This document shows, one piece after another, positions 50,115 to 60,776 of a DNA stretch of 64,000 bases; the first letter of the stretch is position 1, and each line of letters starts with the position of its first letter. The stretch is taken from the NCBI GenBank assembly GCA_934085595.1, contig CAKOHK010000001.1, forward strand, positions 145,705-209,704, given 5' to 3'. Under the pieces are notes generated by a model, which had not been told where the DNA came from, searched no databases, and saw only the letters and a list, made by a program, of their open reading frames with translations. This stretch comes from an uncultured Bacilli bacterium (lineage in GTDB: Bacteria > Bacillota_I > Bacilli_A > RF39 > UBA660). Made by a program: the position numbers and the translations under genes.

Positions 50115-51860
50115 TTATTTATTATATAAAACTTTTTTAAGTTCTTCTATATCTTCAGCCATAACATTAAATCCTGACTGCATTACATCTGTATTTATTA
50201 AATTAATATTAAGTAGTTTTAATAAATCTAATGAATACATACTACTTCCAGCAGATAAAAAATTAATATAATCAGCAATTTCCAATTTTTTCTTATCAAT
50301 AAGACTATCACAAACAGCACTTGCCATCAACAATCCCGTAGCGTACTTATACGGATAATAACTATGTCTATATAAATGTCCAAGCCTACACCAGCCATTA
50401 TTATCTACTTCTTCATATTTTACATTTCCATAATATTTTCTAATTATATTACCATACTTTTCACTTAGTACTTCTTTAGTTAATTCAATATTTCTCTTAG
50501 TATTATATAAATCATCTTCAAACTCAGTATACATAGTTTGTTTAAATACAGTTGTAAAATAATTTTCTATTTCTTTACTTAAATAAAATATCTCTTCTTC
50601 TTTACTTCTAGCATTCTTACGTAAATATCTATTTAATAATATTTCATTTATAATAGATGCTGTTTCTCCAACAAATATAGTACTATCTTCGTACATAAAA
50701 GGTTGTTTCTTTTGAGATAAATAATAATTAACAATATGTCCTATTTCATGTATCATATTTTTTAAATCTACATACGATCCTCTATAATTCATAAAAGAAT
50801 ATGTATTCCAAGAAAAAGTAATTGACTGATGTTTATTTTCATCTATTACTGCATCAATATGACCATCAAATAATAATTTAACTACATCTATATACTCTTT
50901 TCCAAGAACACTAAGCGCATTTAAAATAATATTTTTAGCTTCATCTAAAGAATATTCTATTCTTAAATTACTATCAAAAGGTACATTAAAATCATATAAA
51001 TATGCTTCATCTACTCCAAGCAAACTTGCTTTAATTTTTAAATATTCATGAGCAAGATTCAAATTATTATTTACAGTTTTAATTAACTCATTTATGATTC
51101 TCGAATTAATATTTTCTTCAAATAATATTTTTTCTAAAACAGAATCATATTCTTCTAAACTAGCATTTTCTATTCTATATCCATATATTTTATTTATAAT
51201 ATCAGCAAACCCATCTAATTCTTTTTGATTAGCTTCTCCTACTATAGAATATGCCTGTTTTCTCACATCTCTATCTCTAGAAGATAAATATTTAGCAAGA
51301 TTAGATGATGTTAAAAGAATATCTTCTCCATCTATATTTATATATCCATATTTTATATCTCTAAGTATATTATTATATCTAGATACTTCTTCACTTATAT
51401 TAATATTATTATTTTTAATTTTTTCATTTATTTCATTAGACATTATATGTTTTTTTAATCTAAATAAATTACATAATGAAAATCTATATGTTTCTAATTT
51501 AGGATTTTCATCTACAAATAATAAAACTTTATCTATTCCAAGGTTTAATATCATTCTATCAATAAACATAAGTTTCGTATTAACTTCACCATTAAACTCT
51601 TCAGCATCCTTTTTTAACTTAATACTTTCTTCATCATTAATATTCTTATAATATCTTAGTGACCCATATACTAATATATTATTACTCATTTCTTTAATTT
51701 TCCATTTTTCATCAAGTACTTCTTCTAACACACTTGCGTTCATTTCTACCTTTTCATATTTTTTAATATCTTCAAGTAATAATTTAGTTTTATCTATTTC
51801 AGCATAAAATGCTTCACTACTTTCAAATAATTCATCTAGATTCCATTCTAAACTTTCCAT
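50115..51860 (-). CDS. Oligoendopeptidase F-like M3B metallopeptidase
   Basis: 581 aa. HEIGH zinc motif within MIHEIGHIVNYY and a PepF-like length. Confidence 0.7.
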   Translation of the reverse strand: MESLEWNLDELFESSEAFYAEIDKTKLLLEDIKKYEKVEMNASVLEEVLDEKWKIKEMSNNILVYGSLRYYKNINDEESIKLKKDAEEFNGEVNTKLMFIDRMILNLGIDKVLLFVDENPKLETYRFSLCNLFRLKKHIMSNEINEKIKNNNINISEEVSRYNNILRDIKYGYINIDGEDILLTSSNLAKYLSSRDRDVRKQAYSIVGEANQKELDGFADIINKIYGYRIENASLEEYDSVLEKILFEENINSRIINELIKTVNNNLNLAHEYLKIKASLLGVDEAYLYDFNVPFDSNLRIEYSLDEAKNIILNALSVLGKEYIDVVKLLFDGHIDAVIDENKHQSITFSWNTYSFMNYRGSYVDLKNMIHEIGHIVNYYLSQKKQPFMYEDSTIFVGETASIINEILLNRYLRKNARSKEEEIFYLSKEIENYFTTVFKQTMYTEFEDDLYNTKRNIELTKEVLSEKYGNIIRKYYGNVKYEEVDNNGWCRLGHLYRHSYYPYKYATGLLMASAVCDSLIDKKKLEIADYINFLSAGSSMYSLDLLKLLNINLINTDVMQSGFNVMAEDIEELKKVLYNK

Positions 51861-52041
51861 ACTACCCTCACTCTTATCTAACTAATAACTATCCAAAGTA
51901 TAGCATTTATATAAAACAAAAACAAGTATCATTAATTAGAGAATACTTATACTTTTCAGCACGAATTACAAAGAAATACATTGACAAATCGCAATAAATA
52001 AACTATAATAACAAACAACATTTGAAGGGAGAAATATTATC

Positions 52042-52626
52042 ATGTATTTAAAAGAATTAGATTTAAAAGATGGAGTAAAATGTACTTGTGAAGTATGTAA
52101 TGGAACCGGAGTTTTTAAAGGATATTCAGAAAAAGATGATATTGGTGTTTTATGTCATTATTGTAATGGTAAAGGCTATAATACTATGTATTCAAAAATG
52201 GACTCACACGATATTATGCTTGTAGAAGATGAAAAAAATAAAATCATTTACAAAGTTGTTGATGGTATTATTGAAGATAGTGTTACTTTATTTGATAAAT
52301 TACAAATAAGAGATGATATTAAATATGTTATGTATGGAATTGGTAAAATAGTATCTACAGAATGTCTTTTCGCACAAGGAGCAAATGAAATTAATCTTAT
52401 GTCTTACAAAGAATTCATTAATGGAAAATATCCATTACCTTTAATGAGGTATACTTGTCCAAAATTTTTATCAGAAAACTATGGTAATGGCGAATTTGAT
52501 AACGATTGTAAAGAGGGATATATGTTTGACTGTGAAAAGTTCGGAACACAAGAATGTTGGAAAAAGTTCTATGGTGAAGCTGAAAGTATAGAAGAAAAAC
52601 AAGCTGTATTAGAAATGATCAGATAG
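52042..52626 (+). CDS. Cys-rich hypothetical protein (CxxC...CxxC zinc-ribbon-like N-terminus)
   Basis: 194 aa. CTCEVCNGTG...CHYCNGKG. Confidence 0.4.
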   Translation: MYLKELDLKDGVKCTCEVCNGTGVFKGYSEKDDIGVLCHYCNGKGYNTMYSKMDSHDIMLVEDEKNKIIYKVVDGIIEDSVTLFDKLQIRDDIKYVMYGIGKIVSTECLFAQGANEINLMSYKEFINGKYPLPLMRYTCPKFLSENYGNGEFDNDCKEGYMFDCEKFGTQECWKKFYGEAESIEEKQAVLEMIR

Positions 52627-52644
52627 TAGTTTATAAAAAGGGGG

Positions 52645-53154
52645 GTGAGATTTAATATGGATAAAGAAATAATAAAAGAAGAAGAACTAGATAATAAAAA
52701 AGTAATTTTAAGAACAATAAAAATAAATGATACTGAATATGGAAACATCATTTTACCACACTTAACAGATCTAGAATTATTTGAAAGATATAAAAGAATT
52801 AAACCTATAGTAGTTTTTAATAGCTTATGTTACTATTTAAGAGATTATTCATTAAAAGAATTAAGAGGTCAATCATATCTATGGAATGCTCATAATGACA
52901 TAAGAAACAAAGTAGACTTATCAAATACAGAAATTCTAATGGATTTCTCATGTTATCATACTTATGGATATTACGGTTTATTTAAACCTTCTATTGCAGA
53001 AGTTTTAGAACAATTTCCAGATGAAGTTTTAGAAGAAGCAAACGCATTTTACGTGTTATCACATCCAGAAGATATTAGAGATTTAAACTTAGAAAAAAAA
53101 ATTACTGAAGCAGGATGTCATCATTCAAGAGTTAGAGCACTAGTTATAAAATAA
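52645..53154 (+). CDS. Hypothetical protein
   Basis: 169 aa. GGTGAGA RBS-like sequence upstream. Confidence 0.4.
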   Translation: MRFNMDKEIIKEEELDNKKVILRTIKINDTEYGNIILPHLTDLELFERYKRIKPIVVFNSLCYYLRDYSLKELRGQSYLWNAHNDIRNKVDLSNTEILMDFSCYHTYGYYGLFKPSIAEVLEQFPDEVLEEANAFYVLSHPEDIRDLNLEKKITEAGCHHSRVRALVIK

Positions 53155-53191
53155 CATAAGCAAAAACACACTTTAGCATTAGTGTGTTTTT

Positions 53192-54349
53192 TTACAAACT
53201 CTTTTCATTCTCCATACTCAAAGCGTATTCAAGCACATTATCAATTCCATTCAAATAATCTTCCTTACTCTGCTCTATATAAACGTCAGGCATAAAAATA
53301 ACAGGTGTAATAAACTCATCTCTTACTTCAGATTTATATTCTTCTTTTGAAGAAGCACTCCACTCATAATTAGGAGCAAAGAAACAAGAAGACGAAGAAA
53401 AACGATAACCATTATATTCTATCCAATCTGAATTACCATAGCAATTTAAAGGTGTTGATATCCCAGTTCCAATAGTAATTGCTCCAAGTTTTATTAAATC
53501 TACAAGTAGAGATTTACCAGAAGAAAACACTCTATAATCAGTCAAACATATTATTCTTTTTTTAGTCTTAATAATAAAATCAATTAAAGGTTTATTAAGC
53601 CCAGAATTACCACCAGTATTACCTCTTATATCTACAATTATTGTATCTATTTCTGATAAATCAAGTTTACTTATTTCACTCATCATATTCTCAATATTAC
53701 TTTTAAACTTATTTTGAACAGAAGAATAATTAATAATTAATTTCTTATCTTTAACACCATAAGTTCCAACATTTCCATAAGCAAATATATCCCAATCAAA
53801 CATTTCTTCTTCACTATATTCTTCATCTTTTTTAAACTCTCTAGTAATTATTCTACCATCAGTTTTTTTAAAACTCATAACTAAAGAATCAGCACCTCTA
53901 AACATAGGTATTCCAAACATTTTTTTCTTATTAAATAGTGCCTTCTCAAGTTCATATATTCTTTTCTCTTCAGTTCCATAAGTAATGACATCATCTAATT
54001 GATCTAATACATCTTTTATATCATACCCATTTATAGATATTAATTCATAACCCTTTAAATTATCAGGATAGTTTATAATAACATCTTCACCAAATATTCT
54101 AAAGTTCATCGGTATCATTTTAACATCTTCATACTTACTATGAGCATCCACTTCACCACATAATCTCTTTAAAATAACATTCATCAAATAATTAAAAGAA
54201 TAATCATCATTTATATCTTGATTAGAAACTATATTATTATAAAGTTTATCTAACTCACTTTCACTAATCTCATGCCATGGATTTACATGTTTATTTTTAT
54301 AATGATTTATAAATACATCATACATTTCTTTATATTTAATAGAAATCAT
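53192..54349 (-). CDS. S41-family (C-terminal processing peptidase-like) protein, cytoplasmic
   Basis: 385 aa. IVDIRGNTGGNSGL resembles the S41 catalytic-region motif. No signal peptide. Confidence 0.4.
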   Translation of the reverse strand: MISIKYKEMYDVFINHYKNKHVNPWHEISESELDKLYNNIVSNQDINDDYSFNYLMNVILKRLCGEVDAHSKYEDVKMIPMNFRIFGEDVIINYPDNLKGYELISINGYDIKDVLDQLDDVITYGTEEKRIYELEKALFNKKKMFGIPMFRGADSLVMSFKKTDGRIITREFKKDEEYSEEEMFDWDIFAYGNVGTYGVKDKKLIINYSSVQNKFKSNIENMMSEISKLDLSEIDTIIVDIRGNTGGNSGLNKPLIDFIIKTKKRIICLTDYRVFSSGKSLLVDLIKLGAITIGTGISTPLNCYGNSDWIEYNGYRFSSSSCFFAPNYEWSASSKEEYKSEVRDEFITPVIFMPDVYIEQSKEDYLNGIDNVLEYALSMENEKSL

Positions 54350-54450
54350 AACTTACCTCTTCAATGATATTATATCACATAAAAGAACTTTATAATAAAG
54401 TCCTTACTCTTATCACTATCATTATATTAATAGCCTTCAAATTACAATAA

Positions 54451-54678
54451 CTATCTTCTTCCATTTTGTTGAAATTGCTTTAAGGTATAATCTTCATAAC
54501 TCATTGTTTTTTGATTTGCATATGCTCTTTGATTTTCATTATATTCTTTTAAAACACCTGTAGTCACAACTGCTCTACCATAAGCATCTTCATTAAAGCC
54601 ACAAACAACTCTACTTTTTTCTGCTTGATATGCTTGTTTCTTTAATAACAATAAATATTCTTTTTCTGTCATATGCAT
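54451..54678 (-). CDS. Small hypothetical protein
   Basis: 75 aa. Confidence 0.3.
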   Translation of the reverse strand: MHMTEKEYLLLLKKQAYQAEKSRVVCGFNEDAYGRAVVTTGVLKEYNENQRAYANQKTMSYEDYTLKQFQQNGRR

Positions 54679-54743
54679 CTCCTTTAACTGTTTTATATTA
54701 TATCAAAACTATGGTAGGTGTCAACTTTCAAAAAAGCTATTCT

Positions 54744-55106
54744 TTATACATTTTTAGGAACTAATTCTTTTTTAATTTCATTTTTATTATTTCTAAGTTT
54801 CCACCAAAAACATCTAATAAAATCAAAATCATATAAAACTTTTAATACCTCTATTGGAAGAAAATCTAAGTTATAACTACAACTATTAGATGGTATAATT
54901 ACTTCTCCAATTACTTTAAAATCACCATAACTTAATGATTCAGAAGTGACTATAATATCTAAGTTTCTTTTATTAAACTCTTTTTGTAAAAAATAACCAA
55001 ATTGATTAAGTTCTGATATTGTAATATATCCTTCATTAAAAATATGCTTCTTTGATTCAATAAGTGATATTGCTACATATCCGTTTCCTAAAAAATAAGT
55101 ATTCAT
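54744..55106 (-). CDS. Hypothetical protein
   Basis: 120 aa. Confidence 0.35.
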   Translation of the reverse strand: MNTYFLGNGYVAISLIESKKHIFNEGYITISELNQFGYFLQKEFNKRNLDIIVTSESLSYGDFKVIGEVIIPSNSCSYNLDFLPIEVLKVLYDFDFIRCFWWKLRNNKNEIKKELVPKNV

Positions 55107-55328
55107 AAAACCTCCTTCATAAAATATATATTAGCTAACATTTATTATTTATTATTTTTTTACATAAGCACCATTACTGATTACTTCTCTGCCCAAGAAA
55201 TCCAGTACTTAACATACAATTAGAACATTCGCACAAATAATGCTTGGTTCGATGTACCTTAAAGGTCTTCTAACAATATCATATCATTTTTTTACAGATT
55301 TACAACAAATTATCACTTATAAAAATTT

Positions 55329-55390
55329 AAAAAGCCTAAGGCTTCTAAAGTTTCATAGGCACTTTTCAATATATAATATTGCATTATTTA
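55329..55390. repeat. Intergenic repeat A, copy 1 (hairpin-containing, about 60-80 nt)
   Basis: aaaagcctaaggcttctaaagtttcataggcacttttcaatatataatatt is about 80% identical to 57836..57900. aagcc-taa-ggctt hairpin with a T-run on the minus strand. Confidence 0.55.
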
Positions 55391-55503
55391 AAACAAAAAA
55401 GCAAGTCAGACGCATCTAACTTGCTCAGATGGGATCCGAAGATACACCATCGCCATTCACATTTATAATATACCATAATTGCAAAAATTATGCAATAATT
55501 CGA

Positions 55504-56490
55504 TCAACTTTTTATAAATTTTCGTAAAGCTGATAATTTATTCTTTGTATCAGAATATATAATCTTATTATAAATACTAATGGAAATCTTATTTCTAAAC
55601 TCCTCAATAATTTTTTCATAATCATTTACAAATTTATTAATTTCAGTTTTAGTAATTCCATACTTTTTTAATAAAACTGAAATAATAAGAACATAATCAG
55701 TAATTGTATTAAAATCTATTCCAGTACAACATATTTCATTTTCTAGATATTTAGATAATTTAGTATCAATTTGCCCGTCTTTAAATCTCACATCAAAAAC
55801 TACATCATTATGTGCAATTGAATTTCTTAATGATTTAATTAAATACATAATCTTTTCAGGAAATTTAGCATTAGTATCAAATGCAATATTTATATTCATT
55901 TCTTTATCAATTTTATTTCTAACTTTAAATTCTAAACTTTTAATTAAATCCGCAAACGTTCCTAATGTAATTATTTCAAATATACCCCAAATTGGAACAT
56001 ATCTATCTTTTGAATAAAAATGACTAACAATTTTATTTTCATTATTATAACTTCTAGATAAAGAAGAATAAATACTATTTTGTACTGATAATCTTTGCTT
56101 CATTTTCTTTTTATATTCTTCGCTAGTATTACTATTTCTATAATCAGTCATACCATTTTCATAAATAACATTAAATTCATCAGTTTTATACTCTTCAACT
56201 AACATTTGAAGTACAATATTTTTTGAAATCGTTTCTATTTGCATTATTTGTGGATATAATAAACTTTTTAACTTAGAGTCAAAATCAACTATTGAAACTA
56301 TTTCATCAAAACTAGATAAATTTATTCTATTTTGTGTATTATTAATGTATCTATAACCCTTATAACCATGATAATAACCTATATTTCTTAAACTCTTTTT
56401 ATCTTTAGTACCTCCAATAGAAATATTATGCTTTTTTCTTAAATATATCATTAAAGCATTTGTTGTTCTAACTTTCATTTTTATATTCAC
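55504..56490 (-). CDS. Abi_2 (AbiD/AbiF-like) abortive-infection family protein
   Basis: 328 aa. N-terminal LRNIGYYHGYKGYRYI matches the Abi_2 NIGYYRLSGY signature. Confidence 0.6.
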   Translation of the reverse strand: MNIKMKVRTTNALMIYLRKKHNISIGGTKDKKSLRNIGYYHGYKGYRYINNTQNRINLSSFDEIVSIVDFDSKLKSLLYPQIMQIETISKNIVLQMLVEEYKTDEFNVIYENGMTDYRNSNTSEEYKKKMKQRLSVQNSIYSSLSRSYNNENKIVSHFYSKDRYVPIWGIFEIITLGTFADLIKSLEFKVRNKIDKEMNINIAFDTNAKFPEKIMYLIKSLRNSIAHNDVVFDVRFKDGQIDTKLSKYLENEICCTGIDFNTITDYVLIISVLLKKYGITKTEINKFVNDYEKIIEEFRNKISISIYNKIIYSDTKNKLSALRKFIKS

Positions 56491-56567
56491 CTCATTTCTA
56501 CATATAGAAAAAGAGCAAAATAAATCTTATTCCTAATAAGTCACTACTTGCCCTTATTTTTTCTTAT

Positions 56568-57434
56568 TTAAATATATTTAATATTATTTCTGATATTTAT
56601 GTTTGGTATTCTTCTAACAAGAGTTTTCTGTAATTCTGTTTTTTCTCTACAAAAAGCTAAAGAATGCTGATTTTTTTCATCTTCAAAATCTTTATCTGTT
56701 AATCCATAATCATCTAATAATAACTCATGAAACGTTTTTGTAATTTCTATTTCTTTTTTATCATCATCAGTTAATTCTTTTTTTGCATCTAACTGATTAA
56801 ACTTTTCTTCATATGCTCTTATTTTTCGAGCATGTTCAAAATCCCATTGTGGAGCAGGTCCACCATAAGTATTAGGTCTAGAATGATATGGATTTCTCTC
56901 ATCGTATAATCTATCTAATTCACTTATTACTCGCATCAATTCTGCTTCCCTATGTTCTTTACTATCGATAGTTTGAAATAAAGAAATATTACCTATTTTC
57001 ATTGTTTTATAACCACTCGGTATTTTTGAACTAAAGCCCATAGGACCTTCATGATAATCAAAGTCAAATAATTTAAAGCTTCTTTCTTCGCCTAATGAAG
57101 CATATACTTCTAATCCTTCAATATCATCATTATCATCAGATATTTCAAGCTCTGATTCATTTTGTTTAAATATGTTTAATGCCCTATTATAAATATTATA
57201 CATTGCTATTCTTTTATATACTTCTAATTCTGATATAGCAGCTCTATCATTATCACTAATGTACTCTCTGATAACTGAAAATTCCAAATCTATTAAAGAC
57301 TTTAAATAGTTAATCATTGAAACATTTAGTATTCCCTTATAACCTTTCAAAAGTTCAATTAATTCTTCCCTAGTGTTTATTTTATTCCAATTCTCATTCA
57401 TTTGCATTATTTCCATTTTTAAACCTCCCTTCAT
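56568..57434 (-). CDS. Hypothetical protein (288 aa), possibly co-transcribed with the Abi gene
   Basis: Acidic, cytoplasmic, no motif. Confidence 0.4.
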   Translation of the reverse strand: MKGGLKMEIMQMNENWNKINTREELIELLKGYKGILNVSMINYLKSLIDLEFSVIREYISDNDRAAISELEVYKRIAMYNIYNRALNIFKQNESELEISDDNDDIEGLEVYASLGEERSFKLFDFDYHEGPMGFSSKIPSGYKTMKIGNISLFQTIDSKEHREAELMRVISELDRLYDERNPYHSRPNTYGGPAPQWDFEHARKIRAYEEKFNQLDAKKELTDDDKKEIEITKTFHELLLDDYGLTDKDFEDEKNQHSLAFCREKTELQKTLVRRIPNINIRNNIKYI

Positions 57435-57710
57435 CTAATCATTTATTATAGCATAATTTTTATAATTTGAAACAAAAATTGTTTTTTTGAGTATTATCTT
57501 TCAAAAGTTAGGTTTTAAATAGTTTTTCTTGTTTCAGATAATTTAATCTTATTATTTAAATTTTAAATAAACATCTCGTTAGAATAATCAAAAGATATAA
57601 AGATAATATTATTAATTATAATTCTATGTGGTTCTAGATAAGTAAGATTGGTCTTATCAATACCCCTCAAATCACCATTAATAACAATTGGCTTAACTCT
57701 ACAAAACCAT

Positions 57711-57900
57711 AAAAAGTTCAAGTAGATTTTCCTATGGTGTCCTAAGGAAAGAAGTAAAACAACTTTTAAGCAACATTTAATAGTTAGTAATAAAATAAAC
57801 TAATACAAATATATCATAAAAATTTATAAAATGAAAAAGACCTAGGGCTTCAAAAGTTTTATAGGCACATTTTAACAAATAATATACACTATTTATTGAT
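57711..57900. repeat. Intergenic repeat B copy 1 (57711-57815) followed immediately by repeat A copy 2 (57836-57900)
   Basis: B reads aaaagttcaagtag...tatggtgtcctaaggaaagaagtaaaacaacttttaagc...aatagttagtaataaa..aactaatacaaatat and is about 85-90% identical to 59463..59575. Confidence 0.55.
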
Positions 57901-58111
57901 AATTTATAGTTAAGTATCAATTTTATTGTTAGTTTTATCACTAGTTTTATCTTTATCGAATAATGATTTTTTTAATTCTTTCTAATTCATAAGTTTTTCC
58001 ATATCCATTTGGTCATATAAATATTTATAACATAATTCACTTCTAACCACATAAAAAGAGCGTAGTATTCCTTATTATATTAATAAGTCTTTACTAGCCC
58101 TTATTTTTAAT

Positions 58112-59311
58112 TTAATTATTTTTTAATACTAATTGTTCAGTACTCGTTTTTTTCTTCATATTTTCAATTGTAACTTCTGATGCATAGCTTGCCGTTTTTA
58201 ATAATTCATCATAAACAAAAGCAATTTGTTCAGGAGTAGCAGGGATTTTATCTTCATAAGTTTCTCCAGCTTTTCCATTAGTAATATTCAATCTTATATC
58301 AATTTTATCAACATTATCTCCACAATAATAAATTGCTACAACTTCACCCTTATCTGATTCAAAATTACCACTAGTTGAAAAATAATGTAAAACCTGCAAA
58401 TAATTTTCTTCTCCCAAATTATAAGATAATTGAAATGAAAATCCATCTGGGCTTCTATAATAGGTTGTTTTATTTCCTGTACTAATATCTGTTATTTCTA
58501 GCCTACAACAACCTTGTCTATATTTACCATGTTCAGAGTTATATGAGTTAGCATTAATTTTAACATTCTTTAAATAGTTACTAATCTCATCAATTTCAAT
58601 ATCGTCATTAAGAAAAGGATTAACAGCTTTATCAAAATCTAGAACAGCCTTTCTAAATATTTGTCCCAATTTTGTTTTATTATCTCTCTCAACTGAAGAA
58701 TTATAATTGTTTTTATTTTCTTTATCATCTTGCATCCAGTCATATGCGGAAATATAAGGATTTACCTTTTTTAAAATTTCAGAAGTAATCTTTGATATTA
58801 ATTCATCATACTTTTCAACTTCAGTTTCAGGTAAATTATTTTTTCTCAAGAAATAATCTTTCATTTCAGTTAAAAAGATTAATAGTCCTTCTTTTGAATC
58901 AATATGATAGGTTTTTAAATATTTATCATCAATATTTTTCCTTCTTTTGAAATTTCTTTTAGCATTTTCACATTTTGATAAATACTCATCAATACCAAGA
59001 TGTTCTTCCACATATTTTTGAATATCTTTTTCATATTTCTCATCTGTAGCCCAATCAATTGGATTCCAATCCTTACATCCTCCGTCTACTCTAATATCAT
59101 AAGGATTACCAGGATATTTTTGATAAATAATATTTGCAACTTCTAGTGGGATTCTACCATTAACTATTGTATAATAACTACCACCAAAACATATTGCGAG
59201 ATTATTCCAATAATGTACTTCTTCTATTGTACCATATCTTCCTTCAGCTGTTGACAAAGGATTATTTATACCAACAGCTTTCATAACCTCATTAAATTCT
59301 AAACGATTCAT
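58112..59311 (-). CDS. Hypothetical protein (399 aa)
   Basis: Single gene between repeat units. No motif. Confidence 0.4.
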   Translation of the reverse strand: MNRLEFNEVMKAVGINNPLSTAEGRYGTIEEVHYWNNLAICFGGSYYTIVNGRIPLEVANIIYQKYPGNPYDIRVDGGCKDWNPIDWATDEKYEKDIQKYVEEHLGIDEYLSKCENAKRNFKRRKNIDDKYLKTYHIDSKEGLLIFLTEMKDYFLRKNNLPETEVEKYDELISKITSEILKKVNPYISAYDWMQDDKENKNNYNSSVERDNKTKLGQIFRKAVLDFDKAVNPFLNDDIEIDEISNYLKNVKINANSYNSEHGKYRQGCCRLEITDISTGNKTTYYRSPDGFSFQLSYNLGEENYLQVLHYFSTSGNFESDKGEVVAIYYCGDNVDKIDIRLNITNGKAGETYEDKIPATPEQIAFVYDELLKTASYASEVTIENMKKKTSTEQLVLKNN

Positions 59312-59462
59312 TATAAACCTCCCTTGTTAATTGTTTATTGTAACACACACAATTTAAGATGTAAACATTTGCTACTCTAGATATTTTGATACAAGCATCA
59401 AAATTATCAGTGATGATTTTATTACATAAAAACGTACCTATATTTCAAACTGAAAATATATT

Positions 59463-59600
59463 AAAAGTTCGAATAGTTCAAACATATTTACTTATGGTGC
59501 CCTAAGGGAAGAAGTAGAACAACTTCTAGGGCAAAAGAAATAGTTAGTAATAACTATTAACTAATATAAGTATAACACAAATTTTCAAAAAAACATTAAA
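59463..59600. repeat. Intergenic repeat B copy 2 plus a truncated A-like start
   Basis: aaaagttcgaatag...tatggtgccctaagggaagaagtagaacaacttctagggc...aatagttagtaataac..aactaatataagtat. Here GCCCTA...GAAG...CTTC...TAGGGC forms a nested stem. Confidence 0.55.
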
Positions 59601-59657
59601 TAATGTTCATATTTAAGTAAAATATGTTATAATATCAATCACTAAGGAGGTCTTTTT

Positions 59658-60485
59658 ATGAATGCTTATGTTGAAAGTGGAATTTCTATTTTGAATGACA
59701 CTACTAAAGATTTGAAAAATTTAAATGAACTTGGAATATATTTGGCTAAACAAACTGATATTGATGCTTTAAAATCATTAAAACTTTTAATTTTAGCCTC
59801 TGAAAATTCATTATTAGATAAAGAGTTTGATATTAATAGTATTAAGTCTTATACCGAAACAATTATGCGTAATACGTATAAAAGAAATGAAACAGTAATT
59901 GGTAACTTATCTATGAATCCACAAAATATTGCTCTGGAATTAATGGACTATATTTTACATAATTATAAAGTTGATTTAACTGTTCAACCCTATGATAGCG
60001 GTTATACTGTATTCGATTTTTGGGTTCGTTCACTTGTTAGAATCGAAGATGACCAAGACATATTTTATAAAAGATATGATATGATTGATAAAAAGTTAGA
60101 AATTGCTTCGTACATGATTAGAAGTGAATTATTGAATGTTAATCAAATTGATTATTTACTAATTGCATTTGATAGATGTATACAGCGTCAACATTCTTAT
60201 ACAAAAGAACAATTGTTAAGAATGCAAGAAATGCTTAATAGTGTGAAATTAAGAGAACAATTAGAACTTAATGTTGCAAATTTAATTACTCAAAATAAAA
60301 TACAACTTAATTGTTCTAGAGATGAACTTATTAAAGGTTTATCAACGACTGGGACTCAAGTAGATCAACATTCTGGGAAAGAAGATTTTTGGGGTGAAAT
60401 ATCGAATTATCAAATGTTAAATGACCAATGTGTATATATGTTACAAACTATACCTACATTAGTTAAGAAAAAAATAATAAAATAA
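59658..60485 (+). CDS. Hypothetical protein (275 aa)
   Basis: Strong RBS aaggagg. No motif. Confidence 0.4.
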   Translation: MNAYVESGISILNDTTKDLKNLNELGIYLAKQTDIDALKSLKLLILASENSLLDKEFDINSIKSYTETIMRNTYKRNETVIGNLSMNPQNIALELMDYILHNYKVDLTVQPYDSGYTVFDFWVRSLVRIEDDQDIFYKRYDMIDKKLEIASYMIRSELLNVNQIDYLLIAFDRCIQRQHSYTKEQLLRMQEMLNSVKLREQLELNVANLITQNKIQLNCSRDELIKGLSTTGTQVDQHSGKEDFWGEISNYQMLNDQCVYMLQTIPTLVKKKIIK

Positions 60486-60618
60486 TACTATTTACACACG
60501 CTAATTGATTATGTCGATTTGCAAGTGTGTTTCTAAATTATTAAAATAAAAACTAGTTTCAATTTAATTTGAGAGTAGTTTTTATATTATCTCGAAAAGT
60601 TCGAGTTTCCTATCAATC

Positions 60619-60695
60619 TGGTGCTGAAAACAGGAATCGAACCCGCAACCTACTGATTACGATTCAGTTGCTCTACCTAATTGAGCTATTTCAGC
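60619..60695 (-). tRNA. tRNA-Thr (anticodon CGT)
   Basis: GCTGAAATAGCTCAATTAGGTAGAGCAACTGAATCGTAATCAGTAGGTTGCGGGTTCGATTCCTGTTTTCAGCACCA. Anticodon loop is auCGUaa. Confidence 0.8.
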
Positions 60696-60776
60696 ATATA
60701 TAAATTATATGACAATATTTAATAAATGTATAGATTTTTATTATTTTTTTAGATATAATTTTCATGGAGGAATAAA

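Noticed and set aside
57711-57815. Repeat B as a structured small RNA
   Set aside because: The nested stem that is perfect in copy B2 is disrupted in copy B1, with no compensatory changes. With only two copies visible I cannot claim a conserved RNA structure, so it is reported only as a repeat.
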